NCBI GenBank assembly: GCA_033442325.1
Contig: JAWQFM010000011.1
Coordinates: 331,131-395,130 of the forward strand
Reading direction: 5' to 3'
Length of the DNA: 64,000 bases
Origin: Salpingoeca rosetta
Lineage: Eukaryota > Protista > Choanoflagellata
Shown here: positions 49,270-64,000 of the stretch, in pieces
How positions within the stretch are numbered: the stretch's first letter is position 1
Layout of the letters: each line of letters begins with the position of its first letter
Position numbers and translations under genes: made by a program
Notes under the pieces: generated by a model
Database searches by the model: none
Seen by the model: only the letters and a program-made list of their open reading frames with translations
Told to the model about the DNA's origin: nothing

Positions 49270-49738
49270 ACAGTGCCCCGCAACTGCTGGAAGACCTACA
49301 GGCGTTTATCCGCCGCCACGGGAACCGAGGTGAAGGCGTCAACATCGAGCAAGTGGCAAAGCTCATGGACAAGCGAGAAGAGGCCGAGAGGCTCAAGGAA
49401 GGTGAGTGAGAGAAGGCGAGGACTCTCAAACGGGCAGACCCTCCGATTCCCCCTCCCCCTTGTTTTTTCGCATCACACAGCCCCTCGCACTGTGCCCTGC
49501 ACTGCCACTCGTGCGAGCCGCTCATTTTTCAAAAGTTACCCTGAACAAACGCCTTCAACAGTCCACAATTCACGGCCTCACCACACCGTTCTTTCTATGT
49601 GCTGTTGCAAACCACTCACCCTCCCCCCTGTGCACCCATGCAGAAGTGAAGAAGCTCAAGGAGCAAGTGGAGGCAGACACGGCGCTGCAGCAACGCGTGC
49701 AAACACTGAAATCGCAACTGTGTGAACAAATTGAATAA
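48177..49738 (+). CDS. Hypothetical small coiled-coil protein (about 5 exons)
   Basis: In-frame GT-AG exons: MAGLGAAATFKEREQEYDACLREEQK, KQEAASMEIEIQQHVQDVKDTQEEMASLKRQL.., ESALDQVQFPPNI, APQLLEDLQAFIRRH.., EVKKLKEQVEAD..CEQIE*. No family recognised. Confidence 0.6.
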
Positions 49739-50010
49739 CAATGAACCACCATACACAGGTGTGTGTGTGTGTATGTGTATGTGTGTGTTACCATCGTGGA
49801 TCGTTGGGTTGTTTATCATCACGTGTAGGCAACAAAAACCGCACGATGGAATCGGGCAACACACGGAAATTCACACACATGCACACACGCAACACACACA
49901 TGCACATGGAAATGCGCCCAAGCAGCATTAAACACATACACACATGACGTGCAAGTCCAAACCCCGAATCAAGCTGAGCGCACACGAATCACCACATCAT
50001 TGTCCGTGCA

Positions 50011-57442
<7,432 letters not shown>

Positions 57443-57627
57443 GTTTGGCGACAAGTCTTGACCTGACTTGCTTGCTTGTGCTTGGTGGTGGGTTCGCACA
57501 CTCCCCCGCAGCCCATTGATTGTGGAGGAATAGCGAACATTTTCACACAATTTTCCCAGCTGCTGTTGCTGCCACCAACCAAACTTCCTGAACACCACCA
57601 ACACACACAGCGCCAGTGGCTTGAGGG
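57443..57627. promoter_or_regulatory. Putative compact bidirectional promoter between the RBM5-like and DUF1295 genes
   Basis: Only 185 bp between the inferred divergent ATGs; no motif identified. Confidence 0.5.
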
Positions 57628-58030
57628 ATGAACGCGTTGGTGGAGCAAGTGCTGGAGATGGAGGTGGTGGGCAGTGAGGTGAAGGCTGCTGCCTTGAACC
57701 ATGCCGTTGAGGCGCACCGCGCTGCTTTGCCGCTACTGTGTTCCATCTACAACACCATCACGGAGTGAGTGTGTGTGTGTGGGGGGGGGGGCGCAAGTGT
57801 GGGTGGTTTTGTTGTTCTGTTGTGTTGTGTTCTGTTTGTGTTGCTGTGCTGTTTCGGCACAACGACTTGCTTCAAACGCTTCCACACCCACTCTCACGCC
57901 CACCGCGCACACACGATATCAGTGTGGATGGACTGGTGGACTTGTACTGGAACTCGGATGCAATGGCTGTGGCTGTGGTTGGCTTCATGGCGTCTGCTCT
58001 CTTCTGCATCATTGCAGGTGTGCGTGTGTG

Positions 58031-58074
<44 letters not shown>

Positions 58075-58116
58075 TGTGTGTGGGTGTGCACGTGTGTGGG
58101 TGTGTGGGTGTGTGGG

Positions 58117-58149
<33 letters not shown>

Positions 58150-60152
58150 GTGGGTGTGGGTGTGTGCGTGCCTGCGTGTGTGCGTGTGTGCGGGTGCGCG
58201 TGCACTGGTGCATGGGTGCGGCCGGGGGGGGGGTTTCGTTTTGGATGCTGCACATGCCCCTGTGTGAGTACTTTGCTGTTTGAGGTGACATGGTCAATAT
58301 TGGTTTCTCTCTGCCACGTTCGCATCCATAGGTCCCTTGACGGGCGACTACAGCTGGGTGGACCGCATGTGGTCCCTTTGGCCTGGTCTGTACACATGGC
58401 ACTTTGCTGTTCGCTCAGACTACGACTCGCGTCTCGTGATCATGGCAAGCCTGGCTACGCTCTGGTCGGTTCGCCTCACCTACAACTTTGCCCGCAAAGG
58501 TGCGTTTCTTTCTTGATGCGAGATGCCACAACACCGTCGCTATCGCCATGTGTTCATGTGTGTGTGTATCTGTGTGTGTGCGTGTATCTGTGTGTGTGTA
58601 TGTGTGTGGATAAACGTGTGTGAACAACGTGTGAATTTAGTTGCTGTCTTGTGTTTCCGCAACGAGCGACATTGCTCTATTCCAACCCACCCTCGCTTGC
58701 CCTTGCTTCCACTGCACCCTCCCCTTACCCTCCAATGCCTCTCCTTCCACTTTCCTCCATCCATCCATCTCTCTCACTCTCTCTCACACACACACACACA
58801 CACACTCTCTCTCTCTTTCACACGTGCATACACACACACACACTATCTCTCTCTCCCTGCCCTCCTCCCCTGCTGGCATGTGCGTCAGGCGGGTACAAGC
58901 TTGGGCACGAGGACTACCGCTGGCCAGAGCTGCGCAAGCGCATGCCGCCACTGGCGTTCCAGGTCTTCAACGTCTTCTTCATCAGCATCTTCCAGCACTA
59001 CCTCCTGCTCATGTTTGTGTCTTCGTCCTACGTGGCGTATCTTGGCCGCGGCACCGACCTGACTCTAGTTGACATGGCCGCAGCCGTTCTCTTCTTCGTC
59101 TTCTTCCTCATCGAAACCATCAGCGACGAGCAGCAGTGGGTGCGTCACACCAGAGCTACAACGTCACTTGCAGTCGTTGTGTGTGCCTTGATTGACGTAA
59201 ATGTACTTTCTTTCTCCAGCTGGGATGTTGAATGCGCGTGGAGGTACACGTATGCAGGAGTATTTGGCTGCATCAGAACGTGCCTGTGCTCATGCATGTA
59301 CTTATGTGTGATGTGTGTGATGTGCGCGCGTGTGTGATTGCACGCTGTGTGATGTGTGTGTTGTTGCATACTGCGGGACGTGCGTGTGTGTGTGTGTGTG
59401 TGTGTGCGCATATGTTCATGTTCGTGTGTGTGCAGGCGTTCCAGACGCGAAAGCACGCCATGCAGCCGCAGGAGCGGACCGGCGATTTCGCCCGCGGTTT
59501 TCTCACGCGCGGCCTCTTCAGATACAGCAGGCACCCAAACTTCTTCGCAGAGCAGGTGCGAGACAGCGGGTGTGTTGTGTGTGTTGTGTGTGTGTGTGTG
59601 TGTTGTGTGTGTTGTGTGTGTGTGTGTGCGTGTGTGGTCGTGTGCTCCGTGCGTGGACTTGAAGCACGTTGAACGCATTTGAACCGTTAGTTTGTTTTGT
59701 AATTGCTTCTTTTTTAAAGGCACACACGTACGCAGATACACGTACGCAGACACATACACACACTCGCATGCTCACACATGTTGTCTCTTGACCATTGCAC
59801 GTGTTAGTGTCTGTGGTGGAGCTTCTACTTGTTTGCTGTCGGTGTGTCTGGGCAGGTGCTCGGCTGGGCCGTCGTCGGCCCTCTTGTCCTCTCCCTCCTC
59901 TTCCAGGGCTCCACCCAGTTTACAGAAGAACTCTCCCTCGCAAAGGTGCGCAGTGACAGTCGGCTTGCTTTGGTTTTAGCGAGGGCGGGGAGAACCTGTG
60001 CGCGCGCACCTTCATGCGCAAATGTGTGCTGCTGCCGCGTGAAGCATTGAATGCACGCCTTGCTCACCTGACACCCTTTCACTCCAAACCACGGCTTCCC
60101 CACCATCCCCCCCCCGACGACAACGACGACGACGACAACAACAACAACAACT

Positions 60153-60204
<52 letters not shown>

Positions 60205-60206
60205 CT

Positions 60207-60252
<46 letters not shown>

Positions 60253-60275
60253 CTTAAACAACAACAACAACAACT

Positions 60276-60318
<43 letters not shown>

Positions 60319-60453
60319 CTTAAACAACAACAACAACAACAACAATGCCAGTACCCTGCGTATGCGCGCTACCAGCAGACCACATCACGCCTCATCCCCT
60401 GTGCGCCGGGACCAGATATGGACAGCATTGACGAGGACAAGAAGACACAGTGA
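57628..60453 (+). CDS. DUF1295 / steroid 5-alpha-reductase-like membrane protein
   Basis: Spliced motifs: TGDYSWVDRMWS, WSVRLTYNFARK|GGY..GHEDYRW, ETISDEQQW|AFQ, GFLTRGLFRYSRHPNFFAEQ, LFQGSTQFTEELS, YPAYARYQQTTSRLIP. C-terminal KKTQ* (KKxx). Confidence 0.9.
60118..60345. repeat. (AAC)n microsatellite with recurrent TTA interruptions, in the last DUF1295 intron
   Basis: Five aacttaaac interruptions at variable spacing. Confidence 0.95.
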
Positions 60454-60826
60454 TGGAGAGAGTCATGCGACGGGGATGATATGGGTGATGTGGCATGTGA
60501 CATGTGAAATGCGAGGTGTGGTGTTTGATGTGTGTGACAGTGAAACACACGCAATTGTGTGGCGGGCGCGTGTGTCGGGTTTGTTGTATGGCGTGTTTTC
60601 AATGCTGGTCGCGCTGTCACACAAGAGACGAAAACAGGCATTCCTGTTCGTTTGAGCCATTGTGTGATCAGTACGCACTTGTCTTTGCTTTGTGTCTGAT
60701 TGGCTTTCACAGCCCTTTTCTTCCTTGTGTATGCTGAATGAATGAACCAAACATATTGCCATGAGTCCAAGCCAGTTTAACATGCAAGTTGCAAGTTGTA
60801 ACGACAGCGCAAACCATCGTGCGTGC

Positions 60827-60888
<62 letters not shown>

Positions 60889-61019
60889 AGCAGTTAAGCG
60901 GAAAAGCGTGCCGCAGGTCAGGAACATGAAGATGTTGGCCACTGTCACATCAGACTCATATGCACACAAAACGCCCGCCCCCCTCCATCTCTGAATCCAC
61001 AACACGACCAAAGCATGGA

Positions 61020-63937
61020 TCAGTTGAATGTGAATCCGGAAAGGAATGCGGCCGCCTCTGCCACGCGCTCCTGCGCAACGCGCACGTCGTCGTCTGCAAA
61101 CACATGCACATGAAAGGCAGAGCAGGGCAGGGCAGTGAGGGACGTGGACGATGTACATGTGTGCGTGCGCGTGTGTGTGCGTGTGTTCGTGCGTGTGTTC
61201 GTGCGTGTGTGCGTGTGTGTTGATGTGTGGAAGGACTATGAGCAGTGTAGGTCAGGTCATTCATCGCATGTGCATCACAATGTGAATCAGCTCAATGCGT
61301 TGGATAATGCCAACTGCGACCCTCCAGTGCACGACGTTAGTTCTCTCACCCGTGACCTCCTCCTTCTTTGTGATTTCGGCCTCGCGCTGTCGGATTGCGT
61401 CAATTTCCCGCTGCAGCGCCGCCGCCTCTGCCGCCTTCTTCGCCGCCCACTCCTCCTGCATCTGCACACACACACACACACATGTACAGCGTGCAGGACA
61501 CAGGGAAGCAAATTGGGCGTTGAGAGGTGGCGACGAGTGCAGAAGAGTACCACCTACACACACACACACACACATGCGTCAGTATGTTGACGTGCCTGCA
61601 AGCATTCGTTCTGACCTTCTTTCGGCGGGCCTCTTGCGCTGCTGCTCGTCGCGCCCGCATCTCATCCATCTCCTTCTGGTACTCGCCAAAGTCAGGCTGC
61701 ACCCAGACACACATGCATGTTATGCAAAACATGAGGCAGTGCAGGTCATGAGCGAATGTGAATGGCAGATACAGTCGAGGTGTGCGATGAGGATGTGGGC
61801 TGCCTGGGGCCTTGAGCATTGACCAAATCCACAGCATGCCTGAAGAACGCACACACACACATAAGCACACCCACACACACACACCCATACACACACACCC
61901 ACACACACACCCACACCCCACACACCACACACACATACACACACAAGAGTGAAGCCGTACCAAGTTGTCTGGATCATAGTCCTCCTCTTCTTCGTCATCG
62001 TCATCGTCATCATCGTCGTCGTCGACAGCAATCACATCGCCGTTGTCATCATACACGCGCGCATAGCTCACGGCAGCCACGCACGCGCGGCCATCATCGT
62101 CCGCATACACGCCGCCAACGGCACATGCACGCACGTCCACGCGCACCGCGTCCTCCTCCTTTTCCTCTCGTTCGCGCCGGCTCTCAAACCACAACTTCTG
62201 CGGGTTGAGTGCCTGGTAGATCTTGCTCTTGCCGACGGTGTCCTTGTCCTCTGCCTTGAACAGACGCGTGGCCTGCTTTCGCTGCTTCTCCTTCTGCTCC
62301 AGCCTCGACTCGAGCTTGTTGATGTCCAGTCCACCTCCACTGCTGCCGACAGTCGCTGCTGTCACCGCCAGACGCGCGGCAATGCTCTTGGGAACGGCTT
62401 TGCCAACACCAGTTCCTTCTGTCGCCGTCGCACTGCCAGTGGTGCTGCTGTGCTGGTCGCCGCGAGCAGCAGGCGCCTCCAGCACCAGCGCGTCGTCGCC
62501 ATCGTCAGTGTTGTGGTCGTGGCCGTGAGCTGCTTGTGCGATGTGCTCAGCGCTCGCGTTGCCGTTGCTGTCGGGTGTGGTCGTGCTGGCATGTGTGGCG
62601 GTGGCATGGGCTGTGGTGTCGGCAATGCTGCCGCTGCTTGGCGGTGCTGGTGCTGGGCCTGGATCAACCAGCGTAGTGGGTGTTGTGGCGCGCTTGTTGT
62701 CGTACGCCTGCGTAAACTCGCCCTCTGCTGCCGTAGCTGCTGTTGCTGTTGGTGTTATCGTTGGTGCTGTGGCGGTGTTGGCATCATTGTTGTTGCTGCT
62801 GCTACCATGGCTCTCGAGGATGGATGCGTGCTTCACACCACTTGGCTTGCGCACGCTGTCTTGCGGCTGCGAATAGGTTGAGCGGCGGCGGCGGTGGCGG
62901 AACAGCGTCCCGCTCTTGTGCGATTCGTGCTCTTTTCCAACTATGTCACAGCGCGGCGGAGTGTGTTGTGTGTGAAGGGTGGGTGAGTGAGCGTGTGTGA
63001 AGGGTGGGTGAGTGAGTGTGCGTGAGTGAGAGTGTGAGTGAGTGAGTGTGGACGATGTTGCGTAAGTGGTGTGAGTGGCATGTGTGTGTGTGTAGTGTCA
63101 GTGACTGGGTGTATGTGTGTGTGTCTGTATGCATGCCTTTCACCCACCAATAGCAACCACCAGCGCGTTGTCGCAGTGCGTGCCACATATTAAAATCCCC
63201 CACTCCCGCCTCAGTACGCACCTTCACGTGAGGTTTGTGCAGGGGCAGATGTCTCGCCCTCCGTAGCGCCGCGCAGGTTGGAGATAATCAGCCGAAACAC
63301 ATAGTAGCTACCTGGCTGCAGCCCTGTCGTCGTCGTCGTCGTCGTCGTCGTTGTTGTTGTTGTTGTTGTTGTTGTTGGTATGTGGGGCACAGGTGAGTTG
63401 TGTGATTCGCGTGCATGCATGAGCGTGTGCACCTGAGCTTGCGCCAACGGGAGGGTTGCGTGTACCTGAGACGATCCCTGAGTTGACCTTGTCTGCATCC
63501 CTTGAAATGACGACTTGATGTCCGACGCCCTTCTTCAGGTTGAAGTGCTTCCACGCGACTGAAGATGCCAAAAAAAAAAAGAAAGAAAGAAAGGAAGTAC
63601 CATCAAGAGACACAGAGAAACGGGGTGTGTCACATATGTGTTGCGGGTGAGGGGGGGGGGCAAGGGTTCGCCATGCAACTTCCATGGCATTTGCCCGTCA
63701 GTAACATGGAAATAATACACAGACACAAGCAGACAAACACAGACAGACGCGGACGCGGACACAGTCACAGACACACGTATACACACGCACACAGACAAAC
63801 ACTCACTCACACACACACACACAGACAGGCACACATACACTCACACGCACACACACACACAGACACAGACACATGCGGACCTTTGGAAGTGGGCTTCTTG
63901 AGTGGCAAGGCCTGGATGACGAGGCGAGAAACGTTCT
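61020..63937 (-). CDS. Fibronectin type III domain protein with low-complexity/coiled-coil tail; 3' portion, continues beyond window end
   Basis: FN3-like VSG|LQPGSYYVFRLIISNLRGATEG; large low-complexity exon 62941-61961; coiled-coil exons; last exon DDDVRVAQERVAEAAAFLSGFTFN* (stop 61020-61022). Confidence 0.65.
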
Positions 63938-64000
63938 GACGCACAGGCATCCACCCAAGAAGAGCTGTGTCCTTTGTAACGCCCTCAACGCGAGGCGCGG

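Overview
Eukaryotic, intron-rich, microsatellite-saturated DNA ((GT/CA)n, (CT)n, (AAC)n, (CACT)n). Style and gene content fit a choanoflagellate such as Salpingoeca rosetta (inference). Most ORFs in the six-frame track are repeat artefacts, so genes were rebuilt by hand from GT-AG exons. Genes in order: class II CPD photolyase (5' part), Rab GDI (middle exons missing at a 100-N gap), a C3orf38/DUF4518-like fragment lying antisense inside GDI, CRELD with HDEL, Pex12-like RING peroxin, polybromo (5 bromo + 2 BAH + HMG), a degenerate DH-PH + UIM protein, IQSEC/BRAG Arf-GEF, a MEK-like MAP2K, a secreted furin-repeat/cupredoxin/PAN protein, a small coiled-coil protein, RBM5/10-like, a DUF1295 membrane protein and a partial FN3 protein. 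Mobile DNA: an intact 2.07-kb DD82E (Sailor-type IS630-Tc1-mariner) transposon with 27-bp TIRs and an unusual TCA target duplication. The most novel-looking item is a 315-bp non-coding insert (6077-6391) that folds extensively with strand-specific G-U pairs and is flanked by a perfect 56-bp direct repeat in the CRELD 3' UTR: a candidate undescribed structured-RNA retroposon. A second structured, foreign-looking segment abuts the assembly gap.
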